Source of the DNA: the human T2T-CHM13v2.0 reference genome, Homo sapiens
DNA: 64,000 nt
Direction: 5' to 3' (one strand)
Assembly (NCBI RefSeq): GCF_009914755.1
Contig: NC_060932.1
The translations under genes and the position numbers were made by a program. Shown one piece after another: positions 25,700 to 43,813 of this stretch. A model generated the notes under the pieces. That model was given only the letters and a program-made list of their open reading frames with translations. It ran no database searches and had not been told where the DNA came from. Position 1 is the first letter of the stretch. Each line of letters begins with the position of its first letter.

Positions 25700-28117
25700 T
25701 GTATTAGTCTGTTCTTACACTGCTATAAAGAAATACCTGAGACTAGGTAATTTATTTAAAAAAGAGGTTTAATTGGCTCAAGTTTCTGCAGGCTGTGCAG
25801 GCTTCTGCTTCTAGGGAAGCCTCAGGAAACTTAGAATCATGGTGGAAGGGGAAGGAGGCACGTCTTACTTGTCAGGAGCAGAAAAAACACAGAGCTGGGG
25901 GAGGCGACAGACACTTTTAAACAACAAGATCTTGAGAACTGTATCATGAGAATAGCACCAAAGGGATGGTGCTAAATCATTCATGAAGGATCTATCCCCA
26001 TGATCTAATCACCTCACACCAGGCCCCACCTCCAACATTGGGGATTCTAATTAAACATGAAATTTGGGTGGGGACACAGATCCAAACCACATTATTCCAC
26101 CCTGGCCCCTCCCAAATCTCATGTCCATCTCACATTGTAAAGTGCAATTATGCCTTCCTAACAGTCCCCCAAAGTCTTAACTCACTCCGACATTAACTCA
26201 AAAGTACAAAGTCTCATCTGAGGCAAGGCTAGTCCCTTCCACCTATGAGCCTGTAAAATAAAAAAGGAGTTAGTTACCTCCAAGATACAATGGAGGTATA
26301 GGCATTGGGTAAATACTACTTACTGTTCCAAAGGGAGAAATTGGTCAAAAGAAAGGGGCTACAGGCCCCATGAAAGTCTGAAACCTGGAATGGCAGTCAT
26401 TAAAACTTAAAGCTCCCAAATAATTTCCTTTGACTCCATGTCCACATCCAGGACACACTGGTGTGAGGGGTGGACACCCAAGGCATTGGGCAGCTGCACC
26501 CCTGTGCTTTTTCAGGGTTCAGCCCCCATGGATGCTCTCATAGGCTGATGTTGAGTGCTTGTGACTTTTCCTTGTGCATGGTGCAAGCTGTTGGTGGCTC
26601 TACTGTTCCAGGTTCTGGAGGACAGTAGCCCTCGTCACACAGTTCCACTAGGTAGTCCTCCAGTGGGGACTCTCTGTGGGGGCTCCAACCCCACATTTCC
26701 CTCCTCACTTCCCTAGTAGAGTTTCTCCATGAGGGCTCTAACCATGTATTAGGCTTCTTCCTGGACATCCAGGCTTTGCCATACACGCTCTGAAACCTAG
26801 GCAGAGGCTCCCAAGCCTCCACTCTTGCACTCTGCACACCTGCTGGCTTAACACCACATGGAAGCCACCAAGGTTTACAATTGCACCCTCTGAAGCAGTG
26901 GTCTGAGCTGTACTTGGGCCCCTTTGAGTGAAGGGTAGAGCTGGAGTAGCTGGGATACAGGGAGCAGTGTCCTGAGGTTGTACAGGGTGGTGGGGCCCTG
27001 AAACAGGCCTATGAAGCAATTCTTCCCTCCCTCTGGGCCTGTGATGGGAGGGGCTGCTGTGAAAGTTTCTAAAATGCCTTCAAGGCATTTTCCCCATTGT
27101 CTTGGATGTTAACACTTGGCTCCTTTTTGTCTAATGCAAGTTTCTGCAGCCTGCTTAACTCCCCTCTGTTGAAAATGGACTTTTCTTTTCTACCATATGG
27201 CTGGGCTGCAAGTTTTCCAAACTTTTATGCTCTACTTCTCTTTTAAATGTAAGTTTTTGTTGCAGATCATTTCTTTGCTCCTGCTTATAAGCATAGGACA
27301 TTAGAAGCAACGAATCTACATCTTGAATACTTTGCTGCTTAGAAATTTCTTCCACCAGATACCCTAAATCATCACTCTCAAGTTGAGTCCCACAGATCTC
27401 TATGACAGGGGCACAATGCAGCAAATATCTTTGCTAATGCATAACAAAAGTGGCCTTTGATCCAGTTCCCAATAAGTTCCTCATTTCTATTTCAGACCTC
27501 CTCAGCCTGGACTTCATTTTCCATATCACTATCAGCATTTTGGTCACAACAACTTAAGTCTCTAGGAAGTTCCACATTTTCCCTCATCTTTCTGTCTTCT
27601 TCTGAGCCCTCCACATTCTTCCAACCTCTGCTGATTACCCAGTTCCAAAGTTGCCTTCACTTTTTCAGGTATCTTTATAGCAATGCCTCAATCCTTGGTA
27701 CCAATTTTCTGTATTAGCCTGTTCTTGCACTGCAATAAAGAAATACCTGACTCTGGGTAATTTATAAAGAGAAGAAGTTTAATTGGCTCACGGTTCTGCA
27801 GGCTGTACAGAAAGTATAGCAGCATCTGCTTCTGTGGAGGCCTCAGGAAATTTACAATCATGGTGGCAGGGGAAATGGGCCCATCTTACGTGGCCAAAGC
27901 AAAAGGAAGAGAGAGAGGGTGGAGGTACCACACACTTATAAGCAACCAGATCTTGTAAGAACTCTATCACGAGAACAGCACCAAAGGGATGGTGGTAAAC
28001 GATTTAAGAGAACTCCACTCCCATGATACAATCACCTCCAACCAGGCCACACCTGTAACACTGGGGATTACAATTCAACATGAGATTTGGGTGGGGACAC
28101 AGAACCAAACCATATCA
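25700..28117 (-). mobile_element. Complete MaLR provirus (MSTA/MSTB-like): LTRs 25700-26094 and 27710-28117 plus internal region
   Basis: tgtattag...catatca termini; perfect 5-bp TSD ggcac at 25695-25699 and 28118-28122. Confidence 0.93.
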
Positions 28118-28899
28118 GGCACCCACATTGAAACACATTATAATCAAACGATTAAAAGTCAAAGACAGAGAATATTAAAAGCAGTAAGAGACAAGTTATT
28201 CAACATGTACAATAGATTCTTAATAAGACTATCTGTGGATTTCTTGGCAGGAATCTTGCAGGCTAGAATGTAGTGAGATGATATAAAGAGGAGAAAGAAA
28301 AAAATGGTCAGCCATAAATTATATATAAGGCAAAACTATCATTTTAAAAATGAGGACAATTATCCCATTTTCAGATAAAACCTGAGGGAGTTCATTACCA
28401 CTAGACCTGACCTATGAGAAATTCTAGACTTCTTCAAGTTGAAATGAAAAGATGCTAGACAGTAACTCAAGGCCACATAAAGATATAGTTATCCAGTAAA
28501 GGTAAGTACATGAACAAATATAAAAACGTATACTATTGTAATTTTCATTCATAATGTTACCTTTTGTTTTATAGGATTTAAAAGACAAAATCATAAAAAT
28601 AGTTATAAATCTATGTTAATGAATATGCAATATATAAAGATGTAATGTGTAACATCAATAACAAAGTAGGAGGGAGCTGTAGAGAAATAGTTTTTGTATG
28701 TGATTGAAGTTAAGTTGGTATTTGTTTAAAATAGATTTTTGTAACTTTAGGATATTATATATAACACTCATGGTAGCCACAAATAAAATATCTATAAATA
28801 TAAACAAAAGGAAATGAGAAAAGAACATGTCACTAGAAAAATATTACTAAACACAAAGGAAAACATTAAGGGAGGAAATGGAGGACACAAAAGCTATAA

Positions 28900-29860
28900 A
28901 GCAAAAAGCTAAAAACTGTCTCACTAAGATCAGGAACAAGGCAAGGAAGTCTCCTCTCACTACTTCTGTCAAGTTACACTGGAAGCTCTATACTGAAAGT
29001 CATAACCAATAAAATGAAACAAGAAAAATGAAATAAAATATATGCAATTAAAAAGTAAAAACTAAAACTGTCTTTGTTGGGTATTAAATGACTATCTACG
29101 TAGAAAATCTGACAAAATCAAGAACAACAAAAATCTCCTGGAATTCATAAATAATTATAACAATGCTGTAAAATATAAGACCAATATTAAAAAGTCAATC
29201 TCTTTCCTATATATGAGCAATGAATGCTGGAATTTGAAGTTAAAAATATAATACCCTTTACATTAGGATCCTTCAAAAATAAAATACTTAGGTATAAATC
29301 TCACAAAATAGATATAAGATTTAGATGAGGAAAATTATATAACCCTGATTAAATCAAAGAAAAATATAAATGGAGAGATATTTCATGTTAATGAATAGGG
29401 AAGACTCAATATTGTCAAAAGAAGAACTGTCTTCCCAACTTTATTTATAGACTTAATTTAATCTCAGAAAGTTACTTTGTGGATATTACCAAACTGATCC
29501 TAAAGTTTATATAGAGAAGCAAAAGTACCAGTATAGCCCACATAATATTGAAGGAGAGCAAAATTGGAAGACATTACCTGACTTCAAGACTTATGAAGTT
29601 AGTTAATTAAGACAGTATGATAATTAAGACAGTGTGGCATTAGTGAAAGAATAGATAAATAAATGGAACAGAATGGAAAACCAGGAGATGGTCTCACACA
29701 AATAGACCCACAACTGATCTTTGACAGACAAGCAAAGACAATACAGTTTTTTTTTTAAATAGTCTTTTCAATGACACAGGAACAAACAGTTATCCAGATA
29801 TAAAATAGTGACTCTAGACAGAGACCTTACACACTTCAAAAAAATAAACTGTTATAAAAA
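28900..29860 (+). mobile_element. Old L1M ORF2 fragment
   Basis: ctaagatcaggaacaaggcaagga...aagactcaatattgtcaa...cctgacttcaagactta. Confidence 0.7.
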
Positions 29861-29991
29861 TAAAGCCTATTTAAAAAAAAATAATTACACCCCCTGAAGA
29901 GGAAGACACAAAGCTTCCAATTATTACTAAAACCTTTTAATATACAAAATCCAACTCAAGCCAAAATATTGAGAGACATAAGACAAAATTA

Positions 29992-30386
<395 letters not shown>

Positions 30387-31056
30387 GGAATTCTAGAACT
30401 GAAATGCAATAATGAAAGTTAAGAATGTAGTAATTAGTCTAACAGCAGATATGACAGTTGAAGAAAGAACTAAAACGTAAGTGACATATAAAACAGTGAA
30501 AAAGATCTAACACTTATATAATTGTGAGCTTGAAGGAGAAAGGTAAAAGAGTCAGAACTAATACTGAAAAATATAGTAGTTGAAAAATTTTCAAAATTAA
30601 TGAAAGACCCCAACACGCACTAAACACTGACTTTAAAACAAAAACAGTAATGGAAGTTATAAGCTGACGAAAAGGTATAAGACATTGAGAAAACAACAAA
30701 AGTGAAATTTGTAGGTCCTTGTCTTTAAGTTACCTAATTTAACTATAAATTGATTATAATCCCCAATCAAAAGTTACCGATTGGCAGAATGGATTATAAA
30801 AACAGGATCCAACTACATGATGTCTATAAAAGACTCAGTTTAGACCTAAGGACACAAGCAGATTTAAAGCAAAAAGATTAAAAAATATTTCATGGAATGA
30901 GAGCATGAGTGGCTATATCAGAAAAATAGACTTCAAGTGGAAACTGTTAGAAGGAAAAACAGGATGTAATAGAATGAAAAAATTATAAACATACATGCAC
31001 CAAATATCAGAGCTCTTAAATACATAAAGCAAACACTAACAGAATTGGAAGGGGAA

Positions 31057-31407
<351 letters not shown>

Positions 31408-32813
31408 CTAGATTTGATAATGAATATCACAACCAGAATGATCAATATAAAAATACAGGACAACTGTATAGATTAATTGGAAGTAACAGATATATACGGA
31501 ACACTCTACACAGCAGCAGCAAAATATACCTTTTTCTCAAGTGCACGTGGAAGATTCTCCAGGGAGACCATAAGTTAGGTGATGAACAAGTCCAGATAAA
31601 TTTTTGAAAGCTGAAATCAATCAAAGTATTATTCTGATCACGATGCAATCAAAATAAAAATCAATAGCAGAAGGAAAACTGAAAACCCCATAAACAGGTG
31701 GAAATTAAACAATATACTTTCAAAAAACCAGTGGGTAAAAACAATTATGAGAAATTTAAAAATATCTTAAGACAAATGAAAATGTAAATACAATATACCA
31801 ATACTTATGGAATTTAGAGAAAGCAGTGCTAATAGGAAAATTTATAGATGCAATACTTACATTTAATAAGAAGAAAGATCCCAAATTGCAATGTAAATTT
31901 ACATTTTAAGGAACTAGATAAAGAAGAGCAAACTTAAACCCAAAGGTAGCAGGAAGAAGAAAATAATAAAGATTAGAGTACAGGCCAATAGAGAATAGAA
32001 AAATAGTACAGATAATTAATGAAACCAGACTTAGTTCTTCAAAACCATAAACAAAATTGGCTAACTTTTAGCTAGATCAATTAAGAAAAAAAGACACAAA
32101 TAAGATCAGAAATGAAAAAGGACCCATTAATACTGGTTTTATAAAGGGAAACAAGGATTATAAGAGACTATTGTGAACAATTGTTGACCAACAAATTGGG
32201 AAACCTAGATGAAATTGACAAATTCCATGAAACATATAACCTATCAACACTGAACCACGAATAAAGAAAAAGTCTGAACAGACTTAAAACTAGTAAAGGA
32301 GATTGAGTCAGTAATCAAAAACCTCCTAACAAATAAAAGCCAGGACCAGATGACTTCACTATAAATGTTAGCAATCATTTAATGAAGAATTTACACAAGT
32401 CCTCCTCACTCCTCAAAGTCTTTCAAGAAATTGATGATGAGGAAATATTTTCCAACTTATTCTATGAGGCCAATATTACCCTGATACAAAAGCCAAAGAC
32501 CCTGCAAGAAAATAAAACTGCAGACCAATAACACCTACGAATATTGATGAAATAACCTCAAATAATACTCACAGAATTCAGCATCACATTAAAAGTATCA
32601 TATACCATTAATAACTGTTATCTATTCATGGTATGGAAGGATGCTTTAACATATAAAAATTAATCAATGTAATAAATTACATTAGGAGAATGAAGGCAAA
32701 GAAAACCCCACATGATCATCTCAATTGATACACTGAGAAATGTAGAAAATACATCTGACAAAATGTAACTCTCTTTCATGATAAAAACACTTCACACCAG
32801 AAATAGGAGGAAA

Positions 32814-33824
32814 CTGAGCCAAGATAGCCGAATAGGAACAGCTCCAGTCTATAGCTCCCAGCGTGAGCGATGCAGAAGATGGGTGATTTCTGCATTTCCA
32901 ACTGAGGTACCGGGTTCATATCACGGGGGAGTGCTGGACAGCAGGTGCAGGACAGTGGGTGCAGTGCACCGTGTGTGAGCCAAAGCAGGGCGAGGCATCG
33001 CCTCACCCAGGAAGTGCAAGGGGTCAGGAAATTCCGTTTCCTAGTCAAAGAAAGTGATGACAGAGGGCACCTGGAAAATCAGGTCACTCCCACCCTAATA
33101 CTGCGCTCTTCCAACGGGCTTAACAAACGGCACACCAGGAGATTATATCCCACACCTGGCTTGGAGGGTCCTATGCCCACAGAGCCTCGCTCATTGCTAG
33201 CACAGCAGTCTGAGATCAAACTGCAAGGCTGGGGGAGGGGCGCCCGCCATTGCTCAGGCTTGAGTAGGTAAACAAAGCGGCCAGGAAGCTCGAACTGGGG
33301 GGAGCCCACCACAGCTCAAGGAGGCCTGCCTGCCTCTGTAGGCTCCACCTCTGGGGGCAGGGCACAGACAAACAAAAGAAAGCAATAACCTCTGCAGTCT
33401 TAAATGTCCCTGTCTGACAGCTTTGAAGAGAGTAGTGGTTCTCCCAGCATGCAGTTGAGATCTGAGAACGGGCAGACTGCCTCCTCAAGTGGGTCCCTGA
33501 CCCCCAAGTAGCCTAACTGGGAGGCATCCCCCAGTAGGGGCAGACTGACACCTCACACGGCCAGGTACTCCTCTGAGACAAAACTTCCAGAGGAATGATC
33601 AGGCAGCACCATTTGCGGTTCACCAATATCTGCTGTTCTGCAGCCACCACTGCTGACACCCAGGCAAACAGGGTCTGGAATGGACCTCCAGTAAATTCCA
33701 ACAGACCTTCAGCTGAGGGTCCTGACTGTTAGAAGGAAAACTAACAAACAGAAAGGACATCCACACCAAAAACCCATCTGTACGTCACCATCATCAAAGA
33801 CCGAAGGTAGGTAAAACCACAAAG
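32814..33824 (+). promoter_or_regulatory. L1 5' UTR internal sense/antisense promoter region
   Basis: Lies upstream of ORF1; YY1 motif altered (caagatagccg); retains the ~128-bp segment at 33572-33699. Confidence 0.75.
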
Positions 33825-34841
33825 ATGGGGAAAAAACAGAGCAGAAAAACCGGAAACTCTAAAAATCAGAGCGCCTCTCCTCCTCCAAAGGAACACAGCT
33901 CCTCACCAGCAATGGAACAAAGCTGGACAGAGAATGACATTGACGAGTTGAGAGAGAAAGGCTTCAGAAGATCAAACTACTCCAAGCTAAAGGAGGAAGT
34001 TCAAACCAATGGCAAAGAAGTTAAAAACTTTGAAAAAAGATTAGATGAATGGATAACTAGAATAACCAATGCAGAGAAGTCCTTAAAGGACCTGATGCAG
34101 CTGAAAACCAAGGCACCAGAACTACGTGACGAATGCACAAGCCTCAGTAACTGTTGCGATCAACTGGAAGAAAGGGTATCAGCAACGGAAGACGAAATGA
34201 ATGAAATGAAGCGTGAAGAGAAGTTTAGAGAAAAAAGAATAAAAAGAAATGAACAAAGCCTCCAAGAAATATGGGACTATGTGAAAAGACCAAATCTACG
34301 TCTCACTAGTGTACCCGAAAGTGACACGGAGAAAGGAACCAAGTTGGAAGACTCTCTGCAGGATATTATCCAGGAGAACTTCCCCAATCTAGCAAGGCAG
34401 GCCAACATTCAAATTCAGGAAGCACAGATAATGCCACAAAGATACTCCTCGAGAAGAGCAACTCCAAGACACATAATTGTCAGATTCACCAAAGTTGAAA
34501 TGAAGGAAAAAGTGTTAAGGGCAGCCAGAGAGAAAGGTCGGGTTACCCACAAAGGGAAGCCCATCAGACTAACAGCTGATCTCTTGGCAGAAACTCTACA
34601 AGCCAGAAGAGAGTGGGGGCCGATATTCAACATTCTTAAAGAAAATAATTTTCAACCCAGAATTTCATATCCAGCCAAACTAAGCTTCATAAGTGAAGGA
34701 GAAATAAAATACTTTACACACAAGCAAATGCTGAGAGATTTTGTCACCACCAGGCCTGCCCTAAAAGAGCTCCTGAAGGAAGCACTAAACATGGAAAGGA
34801 ACAACCGGTACCAGCCACTGCAAAAACATGCCAAATTGTAA
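33825..34841 (+). CDS. L1 ORF1p (RNA-binding chaperone), open 338-aa frame
   Basis: MGKKQSRK...QKHAKL; REKG, ARR and YPAKLS motifs intact; expression unknown. Confidence 0.9.
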   Translation: MGKKQSRKTGNSKNQSASPPPKEHSSSPAMEQSWTENDIDELREKGFRRSNYSKLKEEVQTNGKEVKNFEKRLDEWITRITNAEKSLKDLMQLKTKAPELRDECTSLSNCCDQLEERVSATEDEMNEMKREEKFREKRIKRNEQSLQEIWDYVKRPNLRLTSVPESDTEKGTKLEDSLQDIIQENFPNLARQANIQIQEAQIMPQRYSSRRATPRHIIVRFTKVEMKEKVLRAAREKGRVTHKGKPIRLTADLLAETLQARREWGPIFNILKENNFQPRISYPAKLSFISEGEIKYFTHKQMLRDFVTTRPALKELLKEALNMERNNRYQPLQKHAKL

Positions 34842-34904
34842 AGACCTTCAAGGCTAGGAAGAGACTGCATCAACTAATGAGCAAAATAACCAGCTAACAT
34901 CATA

Positions 34905-38730
<3,826 letters not shown>

Positions 38731-40204
38731 ACAATGAGAACACATGGACACAGGAAGGGGAACATCACACACTGGGGCCTGTTGTGGGGTGTGGGGAGGG
38801 GGGAGGGATAGCATTAGGAGATATACCTAATGCTAAATGACGAGTTAATGGGTGCAGCACACCAACATGGCCCATGTATACATATGTAACAAACCTGGAC
38901 ATTGTGCACATGTATCCTAAAACTTGAAGTATAATAATAATTAAAAAAAAGAAATAGGAGGAAATTACCTCAACATAATAAATATTCTATATGAAAAGCA
39001 CACAGTTAATATCATACTCAATAGTGAAAGGGTAGAAGTTTTTTCTCTGATATCAGAAGCAAGACCAAGATACCTGCTTCTGATACTTCTATTCAACATA
39101 ACCCTGAAAGTCCTAGCCTGAGCAATTGGGTAAGGATAAGAAAAGGCATCCTTAAATTATGTCTGTTCACAGATGACATTATCTTATATGTAGAAAACCC
39201 TAAAGATTCCACAAAAGAACCCCCAAACTGTTAAAACTAATAAATTCAGTAAAGCTGTAGGATAAAAAGCAGCACACAAAGTTAGTTATGTTTCCATGAA
39301 CTAACAATAGACAATCAAAAAAGAAAATTAAGACAATAATTCCAATTATGCTACCATCAGAAAGAATAAAATATCTAAGAATAAACTTAACGGAGGAGGC
39401 AAAAGACTTTACACTGAAAACTGCAAAACTCTTCTGAAAGAAATTAAAGATGACACAAATAATTGAAATTCATCTATGTTCATGTATTAGAAAACTTAAT
39501 ACTGTTAAGATATCAATAGCACACAAAGTAATATAGATTCAATGCCATCTCTATGACAATTCTAATGGTATTTTTTTCAGAAATAGAAAAATTGATTCTG
39601 AAATTCATAGGGAAATACAAGGAACCCTGTAAACCAAAACAATCTTGAAAAAAAAAAGTTATGTTTCACATTTTCTGATTTACAAACTTATTACAAAGCT
39701 ACAGTAATCAAAACAGTGTGGTACTGGCATAAAGACAGATGTATAGACCAGTGAATTAGAATACAGAACCTCAAAATAAAACCTCTAACATATGGTTAAG
39801 TCATTTTTCACAAGAGTGCCAAGGGTGTTCAATGGAGAAAGGAGTCTCTTTGACAAATGGTACTGGAAAAACTGGATATCCATATTTTTAAAAAATGAAG
39901 TTGAATCCTCAATTTATGCCATGTACAAAATGGATCAAGAACCTGAATGTAAAATCTAAAACTATAAAACTCCATGAGAACATGTAGGAAAAAAACTGAC
40001 ATTGGACTTGGCAATAATATCTTGGATATGATACCCAAAGCAAATGTGATATAAGAAAAGAATGGATAGACTAAATAAAAATTTAATCAAAATATACAAT
40101 CAACAGAATAAAAAACAACCCATATAATGGAAGATAATATTTGAAAATAATATATAGGATGAAGGGTTAGTATCCACAATACATTTTTAGAACTCCTGTA
40201 ACTC

Positions 40205-40508
<304 letters not shown>

Positions 40509-41374
40509 TCTCCCGCAACTCAACAACAATGAAAACACATAACAGCATGACTGGAAATAGGGCAAAGGACTTAGGTAAACAGACACTTCTCCAAAAAAGA
40601 TATACAAATAGCCAATTATTACCTGAAAAGTTGCTCAGCATCACTAAACATTAGGAAAATGCATATCAAAACAACAAGATTCCAACTCCATACCCATTAG
40701 GATGGCTACTACACAAAACCTAGAAAATAACAAGTGTTGGTAATGATGCGTAGAAATCAAAACCCTTGAGTACTGTTGGTGGGAATGTAAAGCAGTGCAG
40801 CTAGTATGGAAAATAGTATGGCAATTTTTTTTCAGAAAAATTAAACATATAATTACCATATGATCTGGCAATGTCACTTCTGGTTATATACCAGAATTGA
40901 AAGCAGGGTCTGAAAGTGATATTTACACCCTTACTCATAGCAGCTTTATTCACAGTAGTCAAAAGCTATAATCTACTTAAATGTCCATCAGCAGATGAAT
41001 GGATAAACATGGTATATACATATAATGAAATACTTTAATAGTGAAATTTGCTTTATGGCCTAATACATGGCCTATTTTGTTGAATGTTACCAGTCCTATT
41101 AGGTGTGATTCCACCTACATGAGTAGTCAAATTCATAGAGACAGAAAGTGGAATGGTGTTTGCCAGGAATGGGGGACAGGAATGAATGTAGTTATTGTTT
41201 AATGGATATAGAGTTTCAGTTCTGCAAAACAAAAATAATTCCAGAGATGGATGGTGGTGATGGTTGTACAACAATGTAAATGTACTTAATGACACTAAAT
41301 TGTGTATTTAAAAGTCCTTAAGAGGGTACATTGTAAGTTATGTGTGTTTTACCACGATTAAATTTTTTAAAGGC

Positions 41375-41870
41375 TATCTCTTTGAAAATGTCAACAAAAT
41401 TGATGAAACTTTATTCACAGTAACCAAGAAAAAAGATAAGCTTATAAATATTAAAAATAAAAGGTGTTATTACTAATCCCATTAATATTAATGGGACAAT
41501 AAAATAATGCAACAAACAATTGTATACCAACAAATGTGATAATTTATATTAAATAAACATATTTTTAAAGATCACATGGTACCAAAATTCAGAAAAGAGT
41601 AGATAATCTGAGTAGGACTATATCTATTAAAAATATTAAATCAAGAACTAATGCTCATCCAAAAAAATCAACAGTCCCACTTTTTTTTTCACTAGAGAAT
41701 CCTACTGAACATTTAACAAATAATTTAGACCAATTCTCTGTAATCTCATCCAGAAAATAGATGCAGAGAGAACACTTCCCAACCCATTCTATGAGGCTAG
41801 CATTACCCTAAGATCAAAATTAAAGACATTAAAACTGCAGACAAATATTTCTTATGAACATAGATGTTCA
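41375..41870 (+). mobile_element. Old L1M ORF2 fragment
   Basis: aacacttcccaacccattctatgaggctagcattaccct. Confidence 0.65.
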
Positions 41871-41899
41871 CTGAATCATTTCATAGAGAACATCTGCCT

Positions 41900-42005
41900 A
41901 ATCTATAATAGGCTGAGTGAGAAATAAACTGTTGCTAGGTTCAGATATTAACATTTAGTTTTTGAGAGTTACTACAGCATATCCTATGCCATCTTGACTA
42001 ATACA
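41900..42005 (+). mobile_element. MLT1-family LTR 3' end fragment
   Basis: gagaaataaactgttg...ttactacagcata...tgactaataca. Confidence 0.5.
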
Positions 42006-42639
42006 GTGGTTAAAATCATGATGTCTAATTTAGAGAACCCTAAGTAAGAAAGTTGGTTTGACATTTCCTTTCAGTCTCCCAAGCCAATTCTGTCAGCTGT
42101 TTCCTTTGCTTCAGTAAAGTAGTATAACAACAACAAGCAGAACTAAAAGATTCTATCCCTGAAAAATTCTTTAGGATTATGGAAATTATCTAAAGAGCAA
42201 GGCTTCCCTGTCATCCAGAATTTAAAATTCTCTAGGCTGAGGATGGAGAAAGGGAGAATGAAGGAAGTAATGAAAGGAGCTAGGTAGGGTCTGGATCAGG
42301 GCCACACACATGAAGTGGCTTTGTTGAGAGCAGCTGCATTAATAACAACCCCAAGGAGCCCAGCCAACGCCAACTCTCTTTCTGTGGGCTACCAGTATCT
42401 CCCAGCTTGAGTAAATATTTTCAATCAGTAGTATCCAAAAGGTCAAAGTCCACAGACTGACAAGTTTCTATTTAACCAAACAAATAGCTTGAGCCCAGGG
42501 GTTATGATAACTGTTCTTCCTCGTGACTTTTGAAAATTTCCCTTTGGCATTAGATAGCAGGTGTGATGCCGGCCTGTGCCCTGATGCTTTGCTATGAACT
42601 ACTTTAGCTCCATAAATTTTAGCTCCATATTAGACTTTA

Positions 42640-43600
42640 GCTATTTAGTTCAAAATAGTTCTAGTTTTCCATTTGTGTTTGAATTATTTTGACATATAGT
42701 GTTTTATTTTAAAATATTTGGGACTATTCTGGATATCTGATTGGTATTGATTTCTAATTTAATTATATTATGTCAGAAATTATATGTATAATTTAATCTT
42801 TTAATAGTGAAACTTGCTTTATGGCCTAATACATGGCCTATTTTGTGGAATGTTACACGTACTTTTTGTAACAAATGTGTATTTGGTAGTATTGGATAGA
42901 GTATTCTATAAATGTCAATTGTTTCAAGGCAATTATTAAGGTTGTTCAGGTCTTCCCTGTCCATAATGAATTTTTGTTGTCTACTTGTTCTATTAATTAC
43001 TGTGAGAAGAATACTAAAATTTCCAGCTGTTACTGTTGACCTTTCATTTTTTCAATTAGTTTTTTCCATTTTTGCTTTATGTATTTTGAAGCTCTGGTGT
43101 TAGTGGCATATACATTTTAGATTGTTTAATTTTTAGATAAATTGTTCTCTGGTATTATTGTAACATTTTCCTCCTTATCTCTGGCAATTTTCTTCATCTT
43201 AAAGTCTACTTTATTTGATATTATTAAAGCCATGCTATAACGTTCTAGGTTTGCATGATATGTTTTCTTTTGCCCTTTTATATTACATGTTTTCGTATTT
43301 AAAGTATGCTTCTTTTAAATAACATTTGGGTTGGTATTATTCTTTGATACTACCATCTTTGTCTTTTAATTGAACTGCTTAATTCATTTACAATAATGCA
43401 TTTACATGTAATTGTCCTATTTGTTCTCTGTTCTTATTCTCTTTTTGTTGAATGGTAATTTATTAGTATTCCTGGTTGTCTTCCGTAGTGACTTCTAAGC
43501 TATATTTCTTTGCCTGTTTTGATGGTCACTCTAGACATTAAAGTATCATGATCTACCTTCAAATAATTTCTCTAATCTTTCTGTATTTATGAATTTTATA
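42640..43600 (-). mobile_element. Old L1ME ORF2 (endonuclease region) fragment
   Basis: ORF 42773-42964 (IDIYRILYP...FHKIGHVLGHKAS). Confidence 0.7.
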
Positions 43601-43813
43601 AAACACAAAACAATATAAAATAATATTAGTATACTTTATCTTCTATTGTGATATTGATACAATTTTAATATAAGTATGTTACATATGTTAATATATAAAT
43701 ATTTCATATTATAATCCACATAATGCATTTATACATATATGTTATAGAGTTATATAGTCTCTCTGAGTGTACTCTAAAATAAATACATATTATAGTTTAT
43801 TTTTATAAGAGTA

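Larger units (their letters stand above)
24310..28890 (+). mobile_element. Old L1M 5' UTR/ORF1 region, split by an MST provirus
   Basis: ORF1-like coiled-coil ORF 25178-25405 (EILELKDTLIELKNSLEEF); ORF1 text resumes after 28122. Confidence 0.75.
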
